Shown here piece after piece: positions 27,980 to 37,278 of a stretch of 47,983 bases of DNA. This DNA is from Verrucomicrobia bacterium UBA1727 (GTDB lineage Bacteria > Verrucomicrobiota > Kiritimatiellia > RFP12 > UBA1067), in the NCBI GenBank assembly GCA_002315875.1, contig DCIL01000062.1, forward strand, positions 13,011-60,993, written 5' to 3'. Under the pieces are notes generated by a model. The model saw only the letters and a program-made list of their open reading frames with translations. It was not told the DNA's origin and did not search any database. Every line of letters starts with the position of its first letter. Position 1 is the stretch's first letter. Made by a program: the position numbers and the translations under genes.

Positions 27980-30900
27980 GACGATGCCGTGCGGATGGCG
28001 GCCTTCATCATGTTCGAGCCAAGCTCGCGCATACCCTCGACGGAATTGACGCCGCCGCAGAGCGAATAGCCGAATTCCGCACAAGTCGCAAGATAACAAT
28101 TGGAGAGAGTGGATACCCAATACCGGGAGCCGGAATATCCTTTCTTGAACGCCTCCACCGTTACCTTCGAGTGTCCGACCCCGGCCGGAATGTCAAACGA
28201 TCCGTCATACTTGAGCTTGCCGTTCTTCTGAGTCATCTTCCAATTCTCGCGGAAAGCGTTCCAATGCTTCGCCTGCTCCTGATTTTCAACGCCTAACATG
28301 AACACCTGATCTTGTTCTGGACAATGGGAATGGCTGCGGACATGCGGCGAATGAAGATCGAGGAAGACAATGCGCTTGCCGACCGACTCACGGACAAGCA
28401 ATTCCTTGATCGCTCGCACCGTCGGATAGCGTCCTTTAAGATAATCGCGGTTGTGGTCATGCGGCTTGCGATTCTTACCCTGATCGCCATCCTCGACTCC
28501 GTCCTTGTCCATAAACGGCACGAATACTACGTCCGCCCGCTCCCTGAGCCACTTGGCCTCCGGCGAGTCGCCGAGCGCGAAGGCGAGCGCCCCTTCCATC
28601 GGCGGATTGCCCGTCGTCTCACAAGCGTGATGGCGCGCAGTCAGCACGAAAAGCCACTCGGCCTTGCCACGACACGGAAGACGCAGACACTCGACATCGC
28701 GCTTGCCGCTACGAGACTTGCAGAGCGTGCCGAACTTCACGTCGCTGCGCTTGCGATAAGGCGCGACGAATGCGTCCCAGTCCTTCTGAACGTACGGAAT
28801 GGACGTCGCGAAACGCGTCTCGTTCTCGTCCGCAGCGAAAGTATAATCAAAGGCATTGTTCGGCTCGTGGCGGCGTCCGTCCTGATTGAGCCAGCGCCAG
28901 GTCTTGCCGAGGTCACTGCTGATTGCGGGACCGATGGACGAAAGATAGTCGAAACCGCCTTTAGGAAATTCGAATTTGATCTTGCGTCCCGCCGCACCGC
29001 GGACGATGAAATCGAAATGGAAATACTTGCCGTTCGTGTCGCGGTAGTCGGGCGAAACCCGAACGATGCCATTCACTTCATCGACTGACACCACTTTCAC
29101 ATTTCCACCGGGATAGTCGCTGGAAATGGAGATTTCCTTCTCGACCTTCTTAAGACGCTCGACCTTCACCGTGCCTTCTCCGCGCTTGTCGATTATCACC
29201 TGGGCAAGTCCGTTGAAGGTAACGATCTCGTCCGTACCGACAAAGGGAGTGTGATCTGCCGCATCGCCGTTGGCAACCGCCTTGATCTTCCATCCGCCCG
29301 TGGTGACGATGCGCACGCGCTCCGCGGCGGTGGGACAGAAATTGCCGCGGCCATCAACCACACGGATGCGGTAGTACGAGGGGAAATTCTTCTCCATCTC
29401 AAGTTCGAGTTTCGCCGGCGCTCCCGCCGTAATGACGCGGTCGTGAGCCCACTCCTTGCCATTCTTCCTGACCTTCACGCTGACCTCGCCCGGTTGATAG
29501 ACGATCTCGTTCCACATGAAACGATACTCACCTTTGTCGCGCCGACGGATTCCCTGCGAAACTCCATTCACGAAGAGTTCCGCCTCGTCGCCCGACGAGT
29601 ACACATGCACCGGCGTAACCTGTCCTTCGCGTCCAGGCCACGTCCAATGCGGCAGGATATGCGCAGTCGGCACGTCGGGACACCACACCGAACGGTAGAG
29701 GTAATAGCGATCCTTCGGAAATCCGCAGAGGTCGACGATGCCGTAGTAGGAGCTGCGGGACGCAACCTCGTATGGCGACGGCTCGGAAAGATAGTCAAAG
29801 CCGGTCCAGACGAACTCGCCCATAACCGCGGGATTCCGCTCCTGCGCGAGAAACTCGACGTCGGGAGAATAATTGTTGGTACGCATCGTCGTGACGTCGT
29901 AGGACGAAACCTGCTGGCGCACGAAGCCGTTGGTGTACGGACCCTGCTCGGTGACGAAGCGCGCATCGAGCGGAAAAGTGTAGAATCCACGAGAAGACAA
30001 CACGCTGCACGTCTCGGTGCCGACGATGCGGACCTCAGGATGCGCGGCGATGAAAGGCGCGTAAAGCGAGGGCAGATAGTTCGCACCGTAAACCTCGGAA
30101 ATGCGGTCGAAGCCGTTGCTGATCGTGTCCGCATTCCAGCAGGCGTGGGTCACGGGACGAAACGGATCTTCGTTCTTCACAATCTCGCTAAGCTCCTTGC
30201 CGAATGCCACGGCGTCTGCCGTGCCGTGCTTGGCGCAGTAGCTGGGACTCTGTTCGACAACCTCATTGCCGATCGACCACATGATCACGTTGGCTCGTCC
30301 ACGGTCACGCCTGACCATCGCCCTCAGATTGTCCGCATAGTGCGCTTCGAACACCTTCTGATAACCGCCTCCGGTCTTCCCCTTCCGCCAGTAGTCGAAG
30401 GCCTCTTCCAGTACGTAAAATCCCATCTCCGCGGCAATGTCAAGGAAGAGCGGACTCGCCGGATTGTGCGACGTGCGGACGGCATTCGCGCCCATCTCCT
30501 TCATGATCGTCAGCTGACGGCGGATCGATTCCGCCGTCGCCGCCATACCGAGCGGTCCGTTGTCCGCATGGAGATTCACGCCCTTGAGTTTGTCCGGCGG
30601 CATCATCGGACGCACTGCGGCACTTTCGTAATATGGATTGTCCCACGCATTCGCGCGGCGAAGGAACACGCGACGGTAGATTCCGGCGCCGGCATAAAAG
30701 CGCGTATACGACGGCTCGATGGAAGCTCGCACCTCGACCACATTCTCCTCGCCGACGCGCAGTTCTCGTCCGAGCGGCACCTCGAACGAAGTGTAGCCGT
30801 ACCAGTTCGTATAAAGCGGCACGCCGTTGAGCAATATCTCGGACCGGTCCATCACGCCATCGAAACAGATCGACCAGATTCCGGACTCGCTCACGGTGAA

Positions 30901-31122
30901 GGACTTACGATAGACACCAGTGCCGACTGCGCCGTCGAAATGGGCAAGATACTGATCGCCGCGCTCCTTGACCGGACACTCCACGACCCAGTCATGCGGA
31001 ATCGAAACCGCCTTCCTTACGCCGTCCTTTTCAAACGTCCAACCGTCATCGAACGGAGTTACGCGATCTGCCTGCGCCACTGCGGCGCAGATCAAAGCGA
31101 ATGCACATAGAGTTCTTTTCAT
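27961..31122 (-). CDS. GH2 glycoside hydrolase fused to a C-terminal M14 zinc-carboxypeptidase-like domain.
   Basis: GH2 features: DDGWTF..SIPHDW, GVNLHAD, VRTSHNP, MWSIGNEV (acid/base) and GEFVWTGFDY (nucleophile). The C-terminal 400 aa carry ARHHACE (HxxE), GKNRKPHDHNRDY (NR...NR), FLDLHSPH (third His) and TCAEFGY. Confidence 0.75.
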   Translation of the reverse strand: MKRTLCAFALICAAVAQADRVTPFDDGWTFEKDGVRKAVSIPHDWVVECPVKERGDQYLAHFDGAVGTGVYRKSFTVSESGIWSICFDGVMDRSEILLNGVPLYTNWYGYTSFEVPLGRELRVGEENVVEVRASIEPSYTRFYAGAGIYRRVFLRRANAWDNPYYESAAVRPMMPPDKLKGVNLHADNGPLGMAATAESIRRQLTIMKEMGANAVRTSHNPASPLFLDIAAEMGFYVLEEAFDYWRKGKTGGGYQKVFEAHYADNLRAMVRRDRGRANVIMWSIGNEVVEQSPSYCAKHGTADAVAFGKELSEIVKNEDPFRPVTHACWNADTISNGFDRISEVYGANYLPSLYAPFIAAHPEVRIVGTETCSVLSSRGFYTFPLDARFVTEQGPYTNGFVRQQVSSYDVTTMRTNNYSPDVEFLAQERNPAVMGEFVWTGFDYLSEPSPYEVASRSSYYGIVDLCGFPKDRYYLYRSVWCPDVPTAHILPHWTWPGREGQVTPVHVYSSGDEAELFVNGVSQGIRRRDKGEYRFMWNEIVYQPGEVSVKVRKNGKEWAHDRVITAGAPAKLELEMEKNFPSYYRIRVVDGRGNFCPTAAERVRIVTTGGWKIKAVANGDAADHTPFVGTDEIVTFNGLAQVIIDKRGEGTVKVERLKKVEKEISISSDYPGGNVKVVSVDEVNGIVRVSPDYRDTNGKYFHFDFIVRGAAGRKIKFEFPKGGFDYLSSIGPAISSDLGKTWRWLNQDGRRHEPNNAFDYTFAADENETRFATSIPYVQKDWDAFVAPYRKRSDVKFGTLCKSRSGKRDVECLRLPCRGKAEWLFVLTARHHACETTGNPPMEGALAFALGDSPEAKWLRERADVVFVPFMDKDGVEDGDQGKNRKPHDHNRDYLKGRYPTVRAIKELLVRESVGKRIVFLDLHSPHVRSHSHCPEQDQVFMLGVENQEQAKHWNAFRENWKMTQKNGKLKYDGSFDIPAGVGHSKVTVEAFKKGYSGSRYWVSTLSNCYLATCAEFGYSLCGGVNSVEGMRELGSNMMKAAIRTASSCTVAD

Positions 31123-31127
31123 AGGGA

Positions 31128-31775
31128 TCAGCTTTCAAAGTTTCGCAGCGCCTTTAGTATCTCCTCGGCGGTGACGCGGCGCTTCTTCACTCGCAATACC
31201 ACCAGACGGCTTATGAGCGCGGACTCAAAATCTGACAGCCGCACGCCATCGTTGCGGTCCTGAAGGATGCGCATCAGGTCCGCGGACGTGACCTGATAGC
31301 GCTGAGTCTGTTTGCCGCGGACAAAGACATTCGTCAGCTTCATTGCGATTGCCACGAGCGGACCAAGTACGATCTCGCAGCGGGAATAGGTCTCGGCCAC
31401 GGCCAGCGAACGGCGCAGCGGACGCGCGGCGAAGAGAAGCTTGGGCATAAACTCGGAGACATAAAGCACTGTAAAGGCGGCGAGGAAGCTGCACACGGAC
31501 TGCATGGTCGTGCCCGAGATGTAGTCCGCAATCAGCGCGGCCGTCGCGGTGGAATAGATGACGGACGAAAGATTGTTGCCGATAAGCAAGGTCGTAGTCG
31601 CCCTCGACATGTCGTTGAGAATGCGCTGAAGGACGCGCGCCTTGCGTCCCCCTTCCCGCGAAAGATGCAGCACCCGCTCGCGGCTCACCGAAAGGAAACC
31701 CGTCTCCGAGCCCGCGAAGAACGCGGCGCAGGCGAGCGCGGCAAGCGAGACGAGAATCAGCACGAGCGCCATCAT
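31128..31775 (-). CDS. DUF21 (CNNM transmembrane domain) protein lacking CBS and CorC domains.
   Basis: The segments FFAGSETGF and IGNNL match the DUF21 pattern. The protein ends shortly after the position where the CBS pair normally begins. Its ATG overlaps the upstream stop as ATGA. Confidence 0.7.
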   Translation of the reverse strand: MMALVLILVSLAALACAAFFAGSETGFLSVSRERVLHLSREGGRKARVLQRILNDMSRATTTLLIGNNLSSVIYSTATAALIADYISGTTMQSVCSFLAAFTVLYVSEFMPKLLFAARPLRRSLAVAETYSRCEIVLGPLVAIAMKLTNVFVRGKQTQRYQVTSADLMRILQDRNDGVRLSDFESALISRLVVLRVKKRRVTAEEILKALRNFES

Positions 31776-33022
31776 TCGTCGTCCTCCTCGGTCTTCTCCA
31801 CCGCCTCGTCGGTGTCCGCAAGAATCTCCTCGTCGCTGCCGGACTCCTCACGCTCCAGCACCTCGAGTCGCACCAGCTCTACCCGATGCCGCCGACGCTT
31901 GAGCACGGTCGCGCGGCAGCCGTCCGCCTCAATCTCCTGTCCGACATGCGGCAGCCGTTCGGCATTGAACTGCACCCAGCCGGCGAGACGGTCGGCGTCC
32001 TCCGCCTCGAGTTCGATGTCGAGCTCGCGGTTGATCTCGTCCAGCGACGCGCGCCCCTCGATCTCCCAAACGCGCTCGCCGACCTTGACGATCTTCGGCT
32101 CGTCCGTCTTCGAGCCGAACACTTCCGGTCCCACGATGAGTTCGAGAACGTCATTCGGAGTGATGATGCCCGCGGTGCCGCCGTATTCATCGAGCACTAC
32201 CGCAAGCGGTTTCCTGCTCTTGGCGAAAGTTAGAAGTAGGTCGTCGAGTGTCACCGTCTCCGGAACGAAAAGCGCATCCTCGATCTTTCCGGTCTTCACC
32301 TCGATCACTCCCTCGATCGTGTCCGGCGTACGACGGATGACCGGCAGGTAGCGGTGGCGCGCCTCCGCGAGTTGCCGCTGACGTCGCGCCTCGTCGTAGT
32401 CGAGATCGTATCCCTCGATGTCCACCCGCGGCGTCATCTCGTCGTTCGCGCAGAGTTCGGAAAGGCGAAGGACACCCTCGACCATCTCGGCGTCGGCGGA
32501 CGAGATCTCGCCGTGTTCCGCGGCCGTTTCGAGAACGGTCACGAATTCCTCGTCCGAAAGCGCCCGCCTTTCGCGCGCGAGCATCGGCGAGAAGGCGCGG
32601 GAGGTGAATTTCAGCACGATGTTGAACGGCGAGAGGATCGTCCGCCAGAACACGAGCAGTATTGCGCACACCGGCGCCACCTCCTCGGCATAGACGAGCG
32701 CGAGACGCTTGGGCGAGATCTCGCCGAAGACGAGCAGCATCACCGTCATCACCGGCACCGCGAGCCATCCCCAGCCCGGCAGCCACTCGCGAAAGATCGC
32801 ATAGCCGATCGCGGATATCGCAAAGTTGACGAAGGTGTTGCCGACGAGAATTGTGGAGAAGAGAACGGCCTTGTCCGCAAGACACCGCGCGATCATGCGC
32901 TCGGCGAACGGATGCTTCGCGGCAATGCGTTCGCGCTCGGCGCCGGTGAGCGAAAAGAGCACGGTCTCCGAACTGGAGAAGAACGCCGAAAGAATGAAGA
33001 GAACTACGAGTGCGGCGATCAA
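31772..33022 (-). CDS. CNNM/HlyC/CorC-family transporter (DUF21, CBS pair, CorC_HlyC) with an acidic tail.
   Basis: The sequence FFSSSETVLFSL..ILVGNTF.. is followed by a CBS-like region and a C-terminal CorC segment (VWEIEGRASLDEIN..). The start codon is TTG at 33022, overlapping the murG stop. Confidence 0.8.
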   Translation of the reverse strand: MIAALVVLFILSAFFSSSETVLFSLTGAERERIAAKHPFAERMIARCLADKAVLFSTILVGNTFVNFAISAIGYAIFREWLPGWGWLAVPVMTVMLLVFGEISPKRLALVYAEEVAPVCAILLVFWRTILSPFNIVLKFTSRAFSPMLARERRALSDEEFVTVLETAAEHGEISSADAEMVEGVLRLSELCANDEMTPRVDIEGYDLDYDEARRQRQLAEARHRYLPVIRRTPDTIEGVIEVKTGKIEDALFVPETVTLDDLLLTFAKSRKPLAVVLDEYGGTAGIITPNDVLELIVGPEVFGSKTDEPKIVKVGERVWEIEGRASLDEINRELDIELEAEDADRLAGWVQFNAERLPHVGQEIEADGCRATVLKRRRHRVELVRLEVLEREESGSDEEILADTDEAVEKTEEDDE

Positions 33023-34083
33023 AGCCGTCCTTCCACCATATCCGCCACTTTCGCCGCGGCCTCGGGCGAAGCGAGCGCACGAATCTTCTCCGCCATCCGA
33101 CTGAGATGCGCCGGATTCTCGATCTTCTCAAGGAGATAGCGTTCGATCTGACGCGGACTGAGTTTCGCCTGCACGCCTTCGTCCGCCGCACCTTTCGCCG
33201 CGAAGGCGTCCGCATTGAAGTGCTGGTGATCGCGCACAGCCGTCGGCAGCGGAATCAGCAGCGCAGGCTTGCCACAGGCCGCGAGCTCGAAACAGGTCGA
33301 AGCCCCAGCGCGCGCGATCACGATGTCCGCAGAAGCGAAGGCGTTCGCCATCTCGGTCTCGAAAGCATGCACGCGCGAGGGAAGTCCCACCGCTGCGTAG
33401 GTGGCCATCACCCGCCCCTCGTCCGCCATTCCGGTCTGATGGATGACATAGAGTTTCCTGTCAATGCCCTTCGCCTCCAGATCCTTCTTCAGAAAGGCAA
33501 TTGCGTCCGCCGCCAGTTCGTTCACCGCGTGCGCACCCTGCGAGCCGCCGGTCACGAAAATGACGAACGCATCGTTGGGTATGAAGTCGAAGCGCTTGCC
33601 TTCGGCGATTTCGGCGCGCACCGGCAGACCGGTGAGAACTGTCTCGATTCCGGACAAGTACCGAGTGGTGACCTCGAAACTGATGGCGACTTTGTCCGCA
33701 AAGCGCGAAAGGAACGCGACCGCCTTGCCCGGCACCGTATTCGCCTCATGGAGATACACCTTCACTCCACAAAGATGTGCCGCGAGGACGGGCGGAAGTG
33801 AAGAGTAACTGCCCATCGCCAGCAGCGCATCGGGACGTTCCCGGCGCATTTCCTTGCGGCAACGCAGGATTGAGCGGATGATCGCCCAGAGATTGCTCGG
33901 TCTCAGCGTCTTCGCTCCAGTCGAGAATTTCGGACCCGTCCAGCGCGTCATCACGCTCGACTCGATGTCGCGTCCGGAATCCCAGACCGTGACCTCATGA
34001 TTGCGACGCTTGAGCTCTTCAGCAACGGCAAGCCCGGGAAAGGCGTGTCCACCGGTTCCTCCACAAGCAACGATGATTTTCAT
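33019..34083 (-). CDS. murG: UDP-N-acetylglucosamine--N-acetylmuramyl-(pentapeptide) pyrophosphoryl-undecaprenol GlcNAc transferase.
   Basis: The sequence MKIIVACGGTGGHAFPGLAVAEEL...VTGGSQGA...ARAGASTCFELAACGKPALLIPLP...HQ..NA matches MurG. Confidence 0.9.
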   Translation of the reverse strand: MKIIVACGGTGGHAFPGLAVAEELKRRNHEVTVWDSGRDIESSVMTRWTGPKFSTGAKTLRPSNLWAIIRSILRCRKEMRRERPDALLAMGSYSSLPPVLAAHLCGVKVYLHEANTVPGKAVAFLSRFADKVAISFEVTTRYLSGIETVLTGLPVRAEIAEGKRFDFIPNDAFVIFVTGGSQGAHAVNELAADAIAFLKKDLEAKGIDRKLYVIHQTGMADEGRVMATYAAVGLPSRVHAFETEMANAFASADIVIARAGASTCFELAACGKPALLIPLPTAVRDHQHFNADAFAAKGAADEGVQAKLSPRQIERYLLEKIENPAHLSRMAEKIRALASPEAAAKVADMVEGRL

Positions 34084-34104
34084 TTTTAAGTTCCCTTCGT
34101 TAAA

Positions 34105-36069
34105 TTACAATACGGCACCGTTTCCGGAAAGCGGCGGCATGTTCCATTTCGCACGCTGCTCCGCCGACTCGATGCGCCAACTCGGAAATTCCGGAATGTC
34201 ATCGTACGAGACGTTCGGACGCTCCTCGTAAAGCTTCGCGGCGTTGATGAGCTTCACGCCTTCGTCCACGATCGTCACGTTCTTGCCGAAGAAGGCCGAG
34301 CGCTGCTGCTTCTTGAAACCGAAGGTGCAGTTCCTCAACACGATTCTCATCGGCTCCGCATCCTTCGCCACCACCGCCGCTGGCAGTTCCATGTCGGTGG
34401 CGATGACATTCTCGAAGACGATTTCTCGGATGCCGTTGCCGTCCTGCCAGATTGCACCGGGGATTCCGGAAAGCGAAACCATGAAGCGCTGCTGTCCGCT
34501 GACCTTGCAGTTGCGGATGACCATGTTGCCCGGACAAAAGTCGGCGTGCGCCTTATCCCCGGTATATCCCTGATAGAAGCAGCCCGTCGTGCGACGTCCC
34601 TTCGGCGCCTCCTTCGAAGTCGCGCCGCGGCACTTCTCCGCCGCCGTAAGCGACCAGCGGTGCGGATGCTCCGCGGGACCGGACGAGACGATGTCCGTCA
34701 CCAACACGTTCTTGCCGCAGAGTCGGAAGGGACTGCATGCCGAGCTGACGACACAATTGGACACGACGATGTCCGTGCAGCCGGAGCCGGCGATAGAATC
34801 ATCGCCCGTGCGGAGATCGGAGTTTACGATCGCAACGCCGCGGCAGAGATCGAAATGGATTCCGTCATGTCCGGCCACCGCACTCACACCATCGAGCCGC
34901 ACGTTGCGGCAATTGAGAAACTTGTAGGCGTAGTCACCGGATGCAATCACCTTCACTCCATTGAGTTCAAGGTTCTCGCTGTCCACCGCCCAGAAGGTGT
35001 GGGGTCCGCGGTAACCCTCACCAACGACACTTCCGCCGTAGCAATTGCGTCCGTCGATCGTCGCACCCTTCTCGGCGATGATCTTAACGTCCTTCGCCTT
35101 GTAGATTACGAACGCGGCGCTCTGACTGCGCCTGGCAAGATTCTCGCTCTTATTCGACTTAAGCTCCTCAAGCGCGACCGGCTCGATTTTGTCACAGAGG
35201 AGAAGTCCCTCGTAATCGGAAAACTCGCGGCTCAGGATCACCTTCGCACCCGCGGCAAGTCGCAGCGTGACCTTGCTCCGAAGTCGCAGCGGCCTCAAAT
35301 AATGCTCACCCTTCGCGAGCGTCACCTCACCACCACCCTGCTTCCACGCCGCGTCGATCTTCGCCTGCACCACCGCGCTCTCGTCGTAGGCGTTGAAGAT
35401 GGCGGACTCCGCCGCCTGGCGTCCCTCCAATCCGACAAGCTCCTTGCGATGATGGTACATATCGGACCAGTTCGTCTCGCGATCCATCGGCTCGTCAAGC
35501 GCATGGAGATCGTCGACTGCGATGTTACCGACCTCCTTCACGACTTCCATTGCCGCGGCATTGAGCTTTCTCACGAACGCATTGCGCTCTTCGGTCTTGA
35601 GAGGCGTAATCGTGGTCCAGACGATCTTCGCCTGCGGCTGCCTTTTCCGAATCGTCAGAAACGCCTCCTTGAGTTTTCGCTTCCAAAGCGAGAGATCCAC
35701 CGAGCACGGAGTGTGAAGTCCGTTATTGAAATGCACCACCGCATACTTCGCCTCGCTGAGATAAAGTTCGAGGAGTTTCGGAAACGCCGCGCTGGTAACG
35801 CAGTAGGACGACACCCAGTACGTCATCGTCATCTTGCCGGAGAGATAGCGGAACATCTCGTTCTTGTAGGCATTGCAGATCGAGTCGCCGATCATCAGCA
35901 CCCGCGGCAGCTTGCTCTCCGCGTCCCGAAGATGATAACCGTAGGAGATGGACCACTCGATGTTCTCGTGTCCGCGCGCCTCGGGATCGACGGGACACCC
36001 TCCGTCATTCGCCCTCGCCGCGAACCCAACCGCGAGCGCCATTCCTATTGCCAGAAGTTCGTTCTTCAT
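34105..36069 (-). CDS. Secreted SGNH/GDSL esterase fused to a GH28-like parallel beta-helix domain.
   Basis: It has a signal peptide. VLMIGDSICN is the GDS block, and VHFNNGLH is also present. The C-terminal part has GHDGIHF and RTGDDSIAG (GH28-like D and DD motifs) plus repeated beta-helix-type segments. Confidence 0.65.
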   Translation of the reverse strand: MKNELLAIGMALAVGFAARANDGGCPVDPEARGHENIEWSISYGYHLRDAESKLPRVLMIGDSICNAYKNEMFRYLSGKMTMTYWVSSYCVTSAAFPKLLELYLSEAKYAVVHFNNGLHTPCSVDLSLWKRKLKEAFLTIRKRQPQAKIVWTTITPLKTEERNAFVRKLNAAAMEVVKEVGNIAVDDLHALDEPMDRETNWSDMYHHRKELVGLEGRQAAESAIFNAYDESAVVQAKIDAAWKQGGGEVTLAKGEHYLRPLRLRSKVTLRLAAGAKVILSREFSDYEGLLLCDKIEPVALEELKSNKSENLARRSQSAAFVIYKAKDVKIIAEKGATIDGRNCYGGSVVGEGYRGPHTFWAVDSENLELNGVKVIASGDYAYKFLNCRNVRLDGVSAVAGHDGIHFDLCRGVAIVNSDLRTGDDSIAGSGCTDIVVSNCVVSSACSPFRLCGKNVLVTDIVSSGPAEHPHRWSLTAAEKCRGATSKEAPKGRRTTGCFYQGYTGDKAHADFCPGNMVIRNCKVSGQQRFMVSLSGIPGAIWQDGNGIREIVFENVIATDMELPAAVVAKDAEPMRIVLRNCTFGFKKQQRSAFFGKNVTIVDEGVKLINAAKLYEERPNVSYDDIPEFPSWRIESAEQRAKWNMPPLSGNGAVL

Positions 36070-36081
36070 TCCATCTTTCCT

Positions 36082-36576
36082 TTAGATCGGGGTCTCAGTA
36101 GAATAAATCGGAGAGGCGCTGTGGACGTGAGTGATCGCCAGCCCGAGCGCGTCCGCCGCGTCGTTCTGCGGCAGTTCCGCCAGATTGAGGAGCGTCTTAA
36201 CCATCCGCTGCACCTGTTCCTTTTCCGCCATGCCGTTTCCGCAGATCGCGCGCTTCATCCGCCGCGGCTCGTATTCATAGACCGGCACGAGCGCATTCGC
36301 CGCGGCTGCGAGCACCGCTCCGCGCGCCTCACCCAAAACGAGCATCGTTCCTGCGTTCTTGCCGTAGATCACCTGCTCAATCGCCATCACGTCGGGACGA
36401 TGCTCGGCGATGAGCGCGGCAACCTTGTCGTAGATTGCCTTGAGGCAGGCGGTGAGCGGAAGCTTGGGAGCGTTGCGAATGTTGCCGTAATCAAGCGCCA
36501 CCATGCGCGAGCCGGAGGTCTCGAGAATCGCGAAGCCAGTCGAACGAAGCGAGGTGTCTATACCGATCACCTTCAT
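36082..36576 (-). CDS. ruvC: Crossover junction endodeoxyribonuclease RuvC.
   Basis: The sequence MKVIGIDTSLRSTGFAILE...VMAIEQV...AEKEQVQ..V...DAADALGLAITH matches RuvC. Its ATG overlaps the DedA stop as ATGA. Confidence 0.9.
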   Translation of the reverse strand: MKVIGIDTSLRSTGFAILETSGSRMVALDYGNIRNAPKLPLTACLKAIYDKVAALIAEHRPDVMAIEQVIYGKNAGTMLVLGEARGAVLAAAANALVPVYEYEPRRMKRAICGNGMAEKEQVQRMVKTLLNLAELPQNDAADALGLAITHVHSASPIYSTETPI

Positions 36577-37238
36577 CCGAGGCGCTTCTTCAAAAACTTA
36601 TGCACGAAGAAATAGCCCACGGTCAACACGACCGCTGCAGCAATAACAAGCGGCAGGTTGGCGGACGCCATCGCCTTGCCGCGGGTGATGAGTTCAAGAT
36701 AGGTGATGTTCGCCGTGCTGCGTCCGATCGCATAGCCGACGAAAGCAAGGATCGCCGTCCAAATGCCAGCGCCGAGTCCGGTGAAAAGCGTGAACGAGGC
36801 GAGGTTCATCCGCGAAATGCCAGCGGGAAGCGAAATGAGCTGGCGGATGACGGGAATGAGCCGGCAAACGAAGGTCGTCGCCGCACCGTACCGGTTGAAG
36901 ATCTCGCAGGCCTTCGCAAGGGGTTCAGGTTTGATGAAGAAGTATTTGCCGTATTTCTCGAGGAACGGACGCCCCACCCAGAGCGCAAGATAATAGTTGA
37001 CGTATGCTCCGAGTAGCGAACCGGCAATGCCGATCGCAATCGCCAGCGCAACCGCCGGCACCGGAGCCATCGCCAGCTCTCCGCGCGCGGCAAGAAAGCC
37101 GGCGGGGATCATCACCACTTCACTTGGGAAGGGAATGAACGACGACTCAATCGCCATAAAGACGAAGATGAATACAAAACCCCAGGTCGGCGCCAACGCC
37201 GCTATCGAATCGAGATGTGATGCAATGGTTTCAAGCAT
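36573..37238 (-). CDS. DedA-family (SNARE-associated) membrane protein.
   Basis: The sequence FIFVFMAIESSFIPFPSEVVMIPAGF...RLIPVIRQLISLPAG is typical of DedA. I use the ATG at 37238. The track start at 37328 would run across a -10 box and into the upstream gene. Confidence 0.8.
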   Translation of the reverse strand: MLETIASHLDSIAALAPTWGFVFIFVFMAIESSFIPFPSEVVMIPAGFLAARGELAMAPVPAVALAIAIGIAGSLLGAYVNYYLALWVGRPFLEKYGKYFFIKPEPLAKACEIFNRYGAATTFVCRLIPVIRQLISLPAGISRMNLASFTLFTGLGAGIWTAILAFVGYAIGRSTANITYLELITRGKAMASANLPLVIAAAVVLTVGYFFVHKFLKKRLG

Positions 37239-37244
37239 GTACGC

Positions 37245-37253
37245 ATTATACCA
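37245..37253 (-). promoter_or_regulatory. Extended -10 element positioned for a leaderless DedA transcript.
   Basis: On the minus strand, TGGTATAAT is followed by GCGTAC (6 nt) and then the ATG at 37238. It lies in the 40-nt gap after the GH109-like stop. Confidence 0.55.
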
Positions 37254-37278
37254 TTCTACTCTCCATCCAAACAACCCG

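Noticed and set aside
32187-33215. A 342-aa minus-strand ORF in an alternative frame over the CNNM and murG genes. Similar alternative-frame ORFs lie at 3195-3752, 4753-5559, 22409-23029 and 29568-30134.
   Set aside because: The composition is extremely Arg/Ser/Ala-rich. These ORFs overlap genes with strong family evidence in another frame.
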